Shown here piece by piece: positions 51,930 to 61,807 of a DNA stretch of 64,000 bases (its first letter is position 1; every line of letters starts with the position of its first letter). The stretch comes from Porphyridium purpureum (lineage: Eukaryota): assembly GCA_008690995.1 (NCBI GenBank), contig VRMN01000002.1, positions 2,046,001-2,110,000 of the forward strand, in the 5' to 3' direction. The position numbers and the translations under genes are program-made. Below the pieces are notes generated by a model. It did not search any database, was not told the DNA's origin, and saw only the letters and a list, made by a program, of their open reading frames with translations.

Positions 51930-53486
51930 TTAATACCAGAGCGAGTACGTTCTCCTGCGCAAATAGTTATAGTCACACATTGCGTTGACGGCCCCCATCG
52001 ACGCGACGCCCATTTCGCGGTCGTAAAAGTACTTGTGGCCAATGCGGCTCACGGCCGCCGCGTCCACGGCGTCGATGCGCGCAAACATCTCGGCAAGCGG
52101 GATGCGTCGGCCGTACACAAGCATTTGGCGGCCGATATCCTCCGCAATGCTGCTCGTATTCTCAAGCTGCAACACCAAGTTGGTTTTGAGCATGCGCTTA
52201 GCCGCATCAAGGGCTGCCTCGTCGCACTTGAAGCACAGGTTCGTCACAGTTGTCACGATCTCATGCGCCACGTCATCTAGATCTTCTGGCTTGGCCACAG
52301 CGTACACACCCCAAAGGCCTGTGTCTGTGTACGTCGTGTTGAAAGCCATGTAGCGCATGCAGCCCGATGTCGCTGCCATACCCTGTGCCAGCTTGTTAGA
52401 TGTCACATCCCCCGTGCCCGCTGTGCGGTCCCAAGTGCCGAGCAGTGCCTGCAGCACCATGAACGCTGGTGCGTCCGGGTGCGCCCAGCCGCACGTCTCA
52501 TACGCGATCGCCACATGGGCCTCATCCATAAAGTCGTTCTGGATCTTGACATCTGAACCCGTGAGAAACGCCGGTTTCTCTGCGCACAGCTCAGCCGCGC
52601 TCCGCGCACCCGGATCAGCCTTCAATGAGCCAAAATGCTTCTCCGCAAGCTTGACGAGCTCGGCGTGCTCAATGTCGCCCGCGCCGACCAGCACCATGCG
52701 GTGAGGTTTGTAGTGCTCGCTCACGTATGCCGCGAGACTCTCGCGCGTGAGCGACTTGATATTGGCCTCAGGACCCAAGATCGTCTGACCAAGCGGTGTC
52801 CCTTGGTAAGCTGAACTGTGCAAGTAATCAAAAAGCACCTCGTCTGGCAGGGTGTCGATCTCCTGCATTTCGCGCAAGATGACGGAGCGCTCGCGCTCGA
52901 TCGCATCGGGTGCAATCAAGGAGTTTTGCAGAATATCCGACAGGAGCTCGGTGACCTGTGGCACGTCCTCCTTGAGCGCGCGCGCGTAGTACACTGTCTG
53001 TTCGCGCGACGTGTACGCGTTCAGATGCGCGCCGAGGTTCTCGACCTCCTGCTCCAGCGCGCGCTGTGTGCGCTTCGAGGTTCCCTTGAAGATGAGATGC
53101 TCGAGGAAATGTGCCGCTCCGTTGAGCTCGGGCTTTTCGAATCGCGTGCCCGCGTCAATCCACACGCCCACCGTGGCGGTGCCCACCTTGGATGTCTCGG
53201 TGGCGACGCGCAACCCGTTTGGCAGCGAGGTGACGAGCGTCGGCACCTGGGCCTGCAGGAGCGACGGGTCGACTTTGTAGTCTGGCGGCAGCGGCGAGCG
53301 CAGCTTATCGCTCACCACGCCCTTGAAGAAACTGAGCAGGCCGCCCGCCGACAACGACGACACCGGGATCACCTTCTCCGGCATGGCGTTGTCTGCGAAT
53401 CCGCGACGCAGCACGGATCCAAGCACCGATCGCGCATGCTCTCCCCGAAGCGGGAGCCTCCCGGCCCTCCCCATCGCCACCGCCAT
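51930..53486 (-). CDS. MPPB: Mitochondrial processing peptidase beta subunit (M16B)
   Basis: LPNGLRVATE, TATVGVWIDAG, AHFLEH (HxxEH), LNAYTSREQT, ERSVILREM and EDIGRQMLVYGRRIP. Presequence present. Confidence 0.96.
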   Translation of the reverse strand: MAVAMGRAGRLPLRGEHARSVLGSVLRRGFADNAMPEKVIPVSSLSAGGLLSFFKGVVSDKLRSPLPPDYKVDPSLLQAQVPTLVTSLPNGLRVATETSKVGTATVGVWIDAGTRFEKPELNGAAHFLEHLIFKGTSKRTQRALEQEVENLGAHLNAYTSREQTVYYARALKEDVPQVTELLSDILQNSLIAPDAIERERSVILREMQEIDTLPDEVLFDYLHSSAYQGTPLGQTILGPEANIKSLTRESLAAYVSEHYKPHRMVLVGAGDIEHAELVKLAEKHFGSLKADPGARSAAELCAEKPAFLTGSDVKIQNDFMDEAHVAIAYETCGWAHPDAPAFMVLQALLGTWDRTAGTGDVTSNKLAQGMAATSGCMRYMAFNTTYTDTGLWGVYAVAKPEDLDDVAHEIVTTVTNLCFKCDEAALDAAKRMLKTNLVLQLENTSSIAEDIGRQMLVYGRRIPLAEMFARIDAVDAAAVSRIGHKYFYDREMGVASMGAVNAMCDYNYLRRRTYSLWY

Positions 53487-53735
53487 CTCGCCCTGATGAC
53501 GACACACCTTTCCCCCCCCCTTCCTCTCCTTCCTCTCTCTCTCTCTCTCTATCCTCTTCATCCCCTCCTCCCCAACGCCGCCAACCGCGTGCCAAAACCG
53601 CACGAAATCATAAAACACACCCATTCTCATAGACATCGAAGAACCGCACGCGTGTCGGAGAAAACGGTCTACGCAAAACGCCCCGTTTTCACAGCACATG
53701 AAGTACAGCGGTGGGTTCTGTTGCTGAACGAGCGT

Positions 53736-53772
53736 GTACAGTTAGTAATAGGTACAGTGATAATTAGGGTTT
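53736..53772. promoter_or_regulatory. GTACAGT motifs plus telo-box-like TTAGGGTTT in a divergent promoter
   Basis: GTACAGT at 53736, GTACAGTG at 53752 and TTAGGGTTT at 53764. Confidence 0.5.
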
Positions 53773-54017
53773 CATTCTTGCGAGCGCGAGCTCCGTTGCT
53801 GCGCGATCCAGCTGAGCCCGCGATACGCTGCGTGAGCAGCAAGTGGTCTGTGTGTGTGTGCTCGAGAGTGTGTGTGCGTGTCCTGAAGAGGAAGAAGAGG
53901 AGTGGAACTCGCTCTGCGGAAAACGGCCTGCAGCGGCGCCAATTTACAGAGAGGTCTCCGAGTGAAGAGATGATTCGCAGTGCGCTCGCGAATTGAAAAT
54001 AGACACGAAACGCACAG

Positions 54018-55649
54018 ATGCTGTTCCGGTCACCGTTGCCAGATGTGGACATTCCGCAGAATGTTTCACTGACCGAGTATGTGCTGTTCGCCCCGTGCGC
54101 TGCTGCGCGGGACGACGCGAGCTGCATGCTGGACGGGATCACGGGGCGCGAGTGGAGCCATGCGGAGCTGGTGCATGACGTGAAACGGCTTGCGGGCGGG
54201 CTGCAGCAAGTCTTCGCCGGCTGCCCAGACTCTGGGGTCCGCTTTGATTCCAAGCCTCGCCCTACGCTGGCGCTGGTCGCGCCCAATAGCCCATGGTACG
54301 CCCTCGTTTTCCACGCGGCTGCGTGGGCAGGTGGCGTGGTGACGACCATCAGTCCAGCGCATACCGCCTCCGAAATGCGGACGCAGCTGCTGGACTCTGG
54401 AGCGACGGTACTGGTCGTGTCGAGCGCGGTGCGGCATGTTGTGCTGGACGCCATCGAGGGCACGCATGTCCGCCCTGACAATGTCCTGACCATAGAAATG
54501 AGTGACCATGGTCGGTCCGTCGAGCAGCTGATCCAAGACAGCGCGCCGCTGGAAGCGCAGGCCCCCGTTTCTTGTGACGATATCGTGGTGCTGCCCTTCT
54601 CGTCTGGCACGACGGGTATGAACAAGGGCGTAATGCTTTCGCATGGTAATTGCATAGCAAACCTCGTGCAGGTTGCCCAAGTGGTGCCGCACGAGCCTGG
54701 CGATGTGGCCCTCGCTGTGCTCCCCTTTTTCCACATCTACGGACTGCAGGTGGTCATGAACGCTCTCCTCGCCCGAAGCGTGTCAATTGTGACACTTCCA
54801 CGCTTTGAACTGGAGCAGGTACTCACAGTGATCCAGGAGCGCAAAGTGAGCTGGTTCTATGCTGTGCCACCCATCATTCTTGCGCTGGCAAAGCATCCGC
54901 TCGTTGAAAAGTACGATCTGTCATCGCTCAAGGTGATATTCTCCGGCGCGGCGCCGCTTTCGGCGCAGCTGACGCAGGACTGTGCCTCACGCCTGGGTTG
55001 CTTGGTCCTCCAGGGCTACGGAATGACGGAAATGTCTCCCGTCTCGCACTCGGCCATTGGCTTCCGGAACAAGCCAGGCTCGTCCGGCGTCACGATTCCA
55101 AGCACTGAATGTATGATCGTAGACCCAACCACAGGAGCGCCCTGTGGCTCGGACACCGACGGCGAGCTCTGGGTACGCGGTCCACAGGTCATGAAAGGCT
55201 ACCTCAATGCGCCCGAGGCGACGGCTGCCACCATTGATGGGCAAGGCTGGTTGCATACGGGCGACGTGGCTCACTTTGATGCAGACGGCTTCATCTATAT
55301 CGTGGACAGGATCAAGGAGCTGATCAAGTACAAAGGGTTTCAGGTGGTGCCAGCCGAACTCGAAGGGATTCTTTTGACACATCCAGCTATTGCCGACGCC
55401 GCGGTCATTGGGGTGCCGGATAGGGATGGTGCAGCCGGCGAGCTGCCCAAGGCATATGTTGTACTCAAGCCGGGTACCGAAGCATCTGTGTCAGAACGAG
55501 ACATCCAGCACTTTGTGGTTGGTAAAGTGGCAACGTACAAACAGATCCACTTTGTAGAGTTCACAGACAAGATCCCGCGCGCCGCGTCTGGCAAAATATT
55601 GCGCCGTGAGCTGCGGGACCGGCGCGACGCGCATGAAAAAGCGACATGA
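54018..55649 (+). CDS. 4-coumarate:CoA ligase-like acyl-activating enzyme
   Basis: LPFSSGTTGMNKGV, LPFFHIYG, QGYGMTE, GELWVRGPQVMKGY, GWLHTGD, DRIKELIKYKGFQV and SGKILRR. Confidence 0.93.
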   Translation: MLFRSPLPDVDIPQNVSLTEYVLFAPCAAARDDASCMLDGITGREWSHAELVHDVKRLAGGLQQVFAGCPDSGVRFDSKPRPTLALVAPNSPWYALVFHAAAWAGGVVTTISPAHTASEMRTQLLDSGATVLVVSSAVRHVVLDAIEGTHVRPDNVLTIEMSDHGRSVEQLIQDSAPLEAQAPVSCDDIVVLPFSSGTTGMNKGVMLSHGNCIANLVQVAQVVPHEPGDVALAVLPFFHIYGLQVVMNALLARSVSIVTLPRFELEQVLTVIQERKVSWFYAVPPIILALAKHPLVEKYDLSSLKVIFSGAAPLSAQLTQDCASRLGCLVLQGYGMTEMSPVSHSAIGFRNKPGSSGVTIPSTECMIVDPTTGAPCGSDTDGELWVRGPQVMKGYLNAPEATAATIDGQGWLHTGDVAHFDADGFIYIVDRIKELIKYKGFQVVPAELEGILLTHPAIADAAVIGVPDRDGAAGELPKAYVVLKPGTEASVSERDIQHFVVGKVATYKQIHFVEFTDKIPRAASGKILRRELRDRRDAHEKAT

Positions 55650-56356
55650 CTGCATGCAGGTATGTAGTGAGGCATGCTGGCCAGTGAAGCAGAACACGCC
55701 ACAGTGAAGGAAATGCACAGGTGCATGCGTGCAGGTGGCCAACTGGGATAATCTTTTCTCGGACGCGCGATTTGCACGACAATCCAAGTGTCCCTTTCGC
55801 GCGTCGGACGCGGTCGCAAAAGCAACGGAAAAAGGAGACTTCCGGAGCGTTCCTGGTACATTGACTGTTCGGGATGATTGCATCGGAACCTGCTGGGAGC
55901 GGGAGGGAGAAGTGCCGAGACACTCAGACGCTAGCATTGAGTGGATTACGTCCGGCCTGAGATCATGACATTCCGTGCATCCTTGTTGTGGGAAGATTAG
56001 TTCTTAAATTTGGTACTGTCTTTGCTCTTGAAGCAAAGATCTTGTACGTCGGAGTAGCGCACGCATGGCGCGCATTGGCACGCAGAAGATACCTTATCGG
56101 GACAGCTGCGCTTCGGCAGATATGCGTTTCCGAACGAATGTGTCGTTTCTTAGTGACAACTGCTCTCACAATGCATGGCTTCCATAAGAACAGAAAAGTT
56201 TTTAAAATAAAAAAGAGAGATGATTCTTGTATACGAGTCATACACGCTTCGTTGACTAGGCGGTTCTGGCGCCCGCAAGCCCTCCCGCAAAGTCTTGGTC
56301 GCGCTTTCCTGGTGGTGTTATTCTGCAGACTAAATACGCATGCCATGTACCCGGCT

Positions 56357-58297
56357 TCACTTGCCCTCCAGCATGGCGGCAAGATCCTGCTTCACGTCGC
56401 CGACAGGCATGAGATTGTACTTTTCAACAAGGAGGTTAAGCACATTGGGGGTCAAGAAGGCCGGCAAGCGCGGCCCGAGCCTGATGTTTTGAACACCCAG
56501 GTGCAACAGGGACAGCAGAATAATCGTGGCCTTTTGCTCCAGGTAGCTGAGTGCAAATGACAGGGGCAGACCGTTCACGTCCGTCTTGAAAGCACCGGCA
56601 AGCGCCGCCGCAATTTGAATTGCCGAGTGCGCATCGTTGCACTGGCCGACGTCAAGAAGCCGCGGGATTGCCGTGCCGGGCACGACGCCAAACTCTCTCT
56701 TGTTAAAGCGATACTTTCCGCACGCGAGCGTGAGAATGACACAATCCTCCGGTACTGCTCCGGCAAGTTCAGCGTAATAGTTGCGCTCGCCTTCGGAGCC
56801 GTCACAGCCGCCAATCAAGAAGAAGTGACGAATTTTGCCCTCCTTGACAGCTGAAATCACCTTATCCGCAATGCCCAAAACAGCGTTGTGGCCGAACCCA
56901 GTCGTTGTGTACTGCTCCTTCTCGTCCGCTACAAAACCGTCCATTTCAAGCGCCTGCTGCACGAGAGGTGCAAAGTTGCGGTCTTCCAAGTGGCGGACGC
57001 CGTTGTATCCTACAGCATTGACAGAGTAGATACGGTCGCGGTAGCTCTTGCGCGGCTCCAAGATGCAGTTTGTGGTTACAAGAATCGGTCCTGGAAACGC
57101 CGCAAACTCAATCTTCTGCAGCATCCATGCGCCGCCATAGTTGCCCACCAGATGGGGATACTTTTTCAAGCCCGGATAGCCGTGCGCCGGAAGCAGCTCG
57201 CCGTGTGTGTACACGTTGATGCCCTTGTCCTTTGTTGCTTCCAAGACGGCCTCGAGGTCGCGGAGGTCATGACCAGACACCAACACGCATTTGCCCTTCA
57301 CCGCGGTTGTACGCAGCTTTGTAGGAACTGGCGCGCCGTACCGAGCCGACGCACCGTCACTCAGCAACTCCATGACGCGCAAATTGACCTCACCTGCTTT
57401 CAGACAATAATTCAGCAGTGTGCCCATATCAAATTGTTCGGCGCCCAAGTAACCGAGCATTTCGTACATCTTGTCGAAAACGCTTGGATCTGTCTTTTCC
57501 AGCACCGCGGCGTGCTCTGCGTATGCAATCAGTCCCTTGAGTCCGTACGTGAGCAGCTCCACCAAACTGAAGACATCTGGGTCTGCCGTTTTCAGACCAC
57601 GCTGGAAAAGACCCACCTCGTTGGCCGCCTGTTCAAAGTCGGCACCTGGCGTCCACACAGCCGCGCCTCCGAGCTGCGGAACGGGCTTCTTTGCTGCCTC
57701 AGCCTGTGCCTGGAGTCGCTTTGCCAGCTGTGTGCGCATTTCCAAGGCGCGCTCGATGTATTCGTTCCACCGCGCTGGGTCGAAGTTGACATTGGTGAGT
57801 GTCGCAAAGGTTGCCTCGAGGACGAAGCGCGTTTCCTCGGCGGTAAGCGGCTGATCAGCGCCCAGCTCCTTGAGAGCGACGGCGTACTGTGCAAGCGCCT
57901 TGACCAAATGCAGCGCGACGTCCTGTTGCTTTGCGACTTCGGCGGTCTTTCCGCACACGCCTTCGACCACGCAGCCCGTGCCGTGGAAAGTCTGCTCGCA
58001 CTGGAAGCACGCCATCTGCGGCGTGTGCCGGCCTGTTCCCGCCATTGTCTCAAAAATCGGCAGCGCGTCGGCAAACTTTTCCTGCACGTCGAGTTGCTGG
58101 CCACGCGGCGGCGTGGACGTGATATATCTGTTGCTGCCGCTGGAGCTACTGCGCGCACGGATCGTGTGGCTGCTGGTCGCGGCCGCGGCACGGAGCGCGG
58201 ACGTGCGGATCCTCCCAGAGACTGTGGTTGACGAGGCCACACCACGCGTCGCGCGAAGCAGCGCGGAGGCGCGCAGGACCGAATACGACGACGCCAT
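56357..58297 (-). CDS. hcp: Hybrid cluster protein (prismane; NO/hydroxylamine reductase) with a mitochondrial-type presequence
   Basis: CFQCEQT..GC..GVCGK, YGLKGLIAYAEHA, VSGHDL, YTHGELLPAHGYP, TTNC, GGCDG, LACGK, DVGQCND and EQKA. Confidence 0.97.
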   Translation of the reverse strand: MASSYSVLRASALLRATRGVASSTTVSGRIRTSALRAAAATSSHTIRARSSSSGSNRYITSTPPRGQQLDVQEKFADALPIFETMAGTGRHTPQMACFQCEQTFHGTGCVVEGVCGKTAEVAKQQDVALHLVKALAQYAVALKELGADQPLTAEETRFVLEATFATLTNVNFDPARWNEYIERALEMRTQLAKRLQAQAEAAKKPVPQLGGAAVWTPGADFEQAANEVGLFQRGLKTADPDVFSLVELLTYGLKGLIAYAEHAAVLEKTDPSVFDKMYEMLGYLGAEQFDMGTLLNYCLKAGEVNLRVMELLSDGASARYGAPVPTKLRTTAVKGKCVLVSGHDLRDLEAVLEATKDKGINVYTHGELLPAHGYPGLKKYPHLVGNYGGAWMLQKIEFAAFPGPILVTTNCILEPRKSYRDRIYSVNAVGYNGVRHLEDRNFAPLVQQALEMDGFVADEKEQYTTTGFGHNAVLGIADKVISAVKEGKIRHFFLIGGCDGSEGERNYYAELAGAVPEDCVILTLACGKYRFNKREFGVVPGTAIPRLLDVGQCNDAHSAIQIAAALAGAFKTDVNGLPLSFALSYLEQKATIILLSLLHLGVQNIRLGPRLPAFLTPNVLNLLVEKYNLMPVGDVKQDLAAMLEGK

Positions 58298-58310
58298 TGC
58301 GTGGAAACCG

Positions 58311-58346
58311 ACCAGCACCAGCACCAGCACCAGCACCAGCACCAGC
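58311..58346. repeat. (ACCAGC)x6 hexamer repeat just upstream of the HCP start
   Basis: Six perfect units directly visible. Confidence 0.92.
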
Positions 58347-59832
58347 AGCAACAGGCGCGGCACTCAGCTTGCTACTTTCAAACCTCCACGCCGTTCCACC
58401 TGGCCCAGCTTGCCGTGCGTTGGGCCGGACGAAGGTCTGCTTAAATAGCTCGAGCCGCGTCCAAGAACACTGTCACGTCGCACAGGCCACGCGGCGCGCC
58501 ACGTCGGCGACTGTGTGCAACCGCGTCGCGCGAGTCACGTCACACATGGCGCGATCGCGGTGCGGGTGCATCCGCGCGCGTATCGGATTGCTCGCTCCAC
58601 GCGCAGTTGCACATCGTTCACACAGATTCACGCCCCACCCGCACACGCAGCGAATCGCGGGCGCGCTCAGCAGCGTATCTCGCGATTCCGATTTTTCGTG
58701 CAAGCGCAAGAATCCACAGTGAGCGCTGTACCGCAGCGGTACCGCGGCGTGTCGCACAAGTCTGCGGGCGGCACGCGTCGACGACGCGATGACGTCGCGG
58801 CGTGGCTCCTTACTGGCGGCGGCCGCGGCGACGACGGCGACGGCGCATGGTGACGTGCCTACATCTTCACTACGTTTATGACCGTACTGATATTCAGAAT
58901 CATAATGATGATGATGCGCCACGTGTTGTAGGTGGCGGGCGATGTAGGTCGCTGCCTCGTTTCGTTCTCGGCGTTGTGCGTGGACATGGTGCGGACACTG
59001 CCCGCCTGCGTCGAGCGCGCCATGCGAACATCCCGCGTGAATGTGTGCGACATGCCACACATACTGGCTGCGCAAGTGCAGGCCTGGCGTGATCTGCGCT
59101 GTGCGCTGCACATTGTAGTAGTGTCGACCCACATACGCGCAACTTGTTCTGCATGCATAGACATGAACGCGCCGACCCAATGCGAAGTGTGTGTGGATAT
59201 GTGGGAAAGATTAATACCGCTGACACGGCGCGTCGCTTCAGAAGACGAACTCACGGCCTCGCTGGCGACGTAGACACGACACTGCCGCCCAACCGCCCGT
59301 CAAATAACGCGGTGTTCAGTTTGGCTGTTCTTCTCAAATGGCAGCGTTTGAACATGAAGCGCGGATTCCGTATGCGCGCCGCGTTACGTGTGCGGCGCGC
59401 GGCCGCACGGCGTGCTTCCACGCGCGCACGTGGCGCATAAACCACACGATTTACTGTACCGCACGCGCCGCCTCACGATAGTGTACAGTGCGCGTGAGGC
59501 GGACCATCGCGGTTTTTGGCGATGCGTCGTGCGGGCCGGGTTCTGTGGGGTGTTGACCGCCGTGCATTGACGTACACGTTACTCTGCACACGCGCCGGCG
59601 GCTCGGTTGAAGGCGGGTTTGAGGGGTTCCGACGTGTGCGTCGCGTCCTCTCTCTCCCTCTCTCAGTCTTTCTGTTTCCCAATCGCGTGGTCACGGCACG
59701 GGTCGGCCACGTGAGAGCAAAGACACACATACACACGTACACGCACGCGCAGCATCGCCGTGCAAGAGCAAGTGGAGGAAAAAGCTGCAGGAGGGACGAG
59801 CACGAGGCGGTTGCTGTCCGATCTGAGTCGCG

Positions 59833-61659
59833 ATGGCGCTGGAAAGGCTGGGCCGCGCGGGCGCGGCGATCGGCGCCCTGTTTGTTTGTGTTGTGCTTGC
59901 AGTCGCGGCGGTGGCCGCGAATTCTTTCATCGGCACCGACACGCAGCGCGTGGGCGGTGGTGGCCGCGTGGCGGGTGCAAGGGTGGTATCGCACGCCATC
60001 CAATACCGTGAGCATAATGGGCACCGCGCCGCGGCGCTCAAGTCCATGTTCCGTACTGAGCAGCCGCACTTGCTTGCACCCGACGTCGATCTGGACAACC
60101 ACGTGTCGTTGATGCATCATTGGACGTCGCTCAGGATGCAGGCCAAGGCTCACGAGGTGCAGGCTCGTCTCTATGGGAGCATCATGCCACTGGGTGCATA
60201 CTTCATCACGCTCATGCTGGGCACACCATCGCAGCCCATTAACACCAATGTGGACACGGGCTCTTCGGTGCTGGCGGTGCCGGGTGCAGAATGCGTCAAC
60301 AAGATCTGTGGCGATGCGCGCACGCGCAAGTACTCTTTGAACATGTCGAAAACTGGTCGCGTTGTGCCGTGCACTGATAAGCGTTGCAACCGCTGCAACA
60401 TGGACGCCGAAAATAACGGCACGTGCAGCTTCAGCCTATCGTACGGCGACGGTAGCTTCTTTCGAGGTTTCCTGGTCGACGACGTGATCGAGGCCGCTCC
60501 AGACCTGCGCACGACGTCGCGCTTTGGCGTCGCGACTGCCTTGTCTCCGGCACCAGTAGTGCCGATTGACGGGCTGGTTGGGCTTGCCTTCAAAGACATG
60601 TCATGCCAGCCCACATGCACACACCCATTCTTTGACGATCTGCTTGATCAGGGGGTGATCAAGGACGACGTGTTCAGCATGTGCTTGGAACATCGCGGCG
60701 GAGGGACACTGACGCTGGGTGGGCTGGACCCGACCATCACGCAACACCATCTGAGCATCGACTGGGTGCCGCTCAACCTCAGCACCCCACGCACCTTTTA
60801 CACGGTCAAGCTGACGAACACCATGCACATTGGCTGGAAGAAGCACGTCTTTCCGCACGATCTCCAGTATGGTATTGTGGACAGCGGCACGACGCTGCTC
60901 CTTATGACGCAGCGCGTTTTTGACACAATCAAGCACGAAATTGTTTCGGATCCGCGCTTGTGCAAAGCTGTGCGCGGGCTATGCAAAGAGCGGCTCGCCT
61001 CATCGCCTGGGCACTCGCCCGCGTCCGGGACGGGCTCTGGCGGCTCAACCTCTGGATCAGGGTCCGGATCGAGTTCTGGCTCGACCCAGACCGAGTCCTG
61101 GTTTTGCCCCTTCTGTTGCGTGTTTGGGCTGACATACGAGGAAGTTATCGAGCTGCCACCCATTTCCTTCGACTTGGCGAAAGGAAAGCACTCCTCATAC
61201 TCACTCAAGGTGCCGCCGGAGGTGTACATGATGGGCACGCCGCTCGTCAACATGAACGGCGCGTTCCTCGAGCCAAAGGACAGCCTGAAGCCAGACTCGC
61301 AAGGGAATGTGGGCTACTGCGTCGGCCTTTTCGCGATGCCTGACATCCAGCCATTTGGCAGCATAGGTGTGATTTTCGGAAACACCATCATGGCCGACAA
61401 GTACATCACGGTGTACGACCGCGCAAACACGCGCATTGGCTTTGCCGATATGAAAGGTAATCGCTGCGCCGTTGAGCAGGCCAAGGGCAGCGGCAGCGAT
61501 TCGTTTCAGGGTGAGTATCAGTCCGGAAGCAAGGGCTCGCATACATTCATGATTCGCACGCTTATCACGGTGGCCATTGTGCTAGCTGCTGCGGGCGTGT
61601 TGTTGCTGGCATGGAAGGCGTTCTACCACAATCCGGACGGCTATGCACCGATCCCTTAG
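59833..61659 (+). CDS. Pepsin-like A1 aspartic protease with C-terminal TM anchor
   Basis: Signal peptide, catalytic VDTGSS and VDSGTT, flap YGDGS, Cys-rich insert, VYDRANTRIGFA, C-terminal TM and YAPI tail. Confidence 0.93.
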   Translation: MALERLGRAGAAIGALFVCVVLAVAAVAANSFIGTDTQRVGGGGRVAGARVVSHAIQYREHNGHRAAALKSMFRTEQPHLLAPDVDLDNHVSLMHHWTSLRMQAKAHEVQARLYGSIMPLGAYFITLMLGTPSQPINTNVDTGSSVLAVPGAECVNKICGDARTRKYSLNMSKTGRVVPCTDKRCNRCNMDAENNGTCSFSLSYGDGSFFRGFLVDDVIEAAPDLRTTSRFGVATALSPAPVVPIDGLVGLAFKDMSCQPTCTHPFFDDLLDQGVIKDDVFSMCLEHRGGGTLTLGGLDPTITQHHLSIDWVPLNLSTPRTFYTVKLTNTMHIGWKKHVFPHDLQYGIVDSGTTLLLMTQRVFDTIKHEIVSDPRLCKAVRGLCKERLASSPGHSPASGTGSGGSTSGSGSGSSSGSTQTESWFCPFCCVFGLTYEEVIELPPISFDLAKGKHSSYSLKVPPEVYMMGTPLVNMNGAFLEPKDSLKPDSQGNVGYCVGLFAMPDIQPFGSIGVIFGNTIMADKYITVYDRANTRIGFADMKGNRCAVEQAKGSGSDSFQGEYQSGSKGSHTFMIRTLITVAIVLAAAGVLLLAWKAFYHNPDGYAPIP

Positions 61660-61807
61660 AGTCCGCGCGTCTTTGGATTTCAGCTGCGGCAAATTTTGCG
61701 TATTCTGGCGTTCCGGCCCTTTTTTCTTTTTAGTTGACCTCTTAGTAGTGTTTTGGGTTCCGCTCTGACGGATCCTCGTCCGCATCGATAGTGAATAGTA
61801 CATGCTT

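Noticed and set aside
56888..58231. Long antisense ORFs (also 33124-34245, 52818-53996, 53669-54736)
   Set aside because: They overlap well-supported genes on the opposite strand and are expected from high GC3 codon bias.
58298..58363. LLLLVLVLVLV 'signal peptide' on HCP
   Set aside because: It is the translation of the (ACCAGC)6 repeat from a GTG start; the ATG at 58297 is the more plausible start.
58473..59440. Several overlapping ORFs between HCP and the aspartic protease
   Set aside because: Mutually overlapping and motif-free; more simply a long divergent promoter/UTR region.
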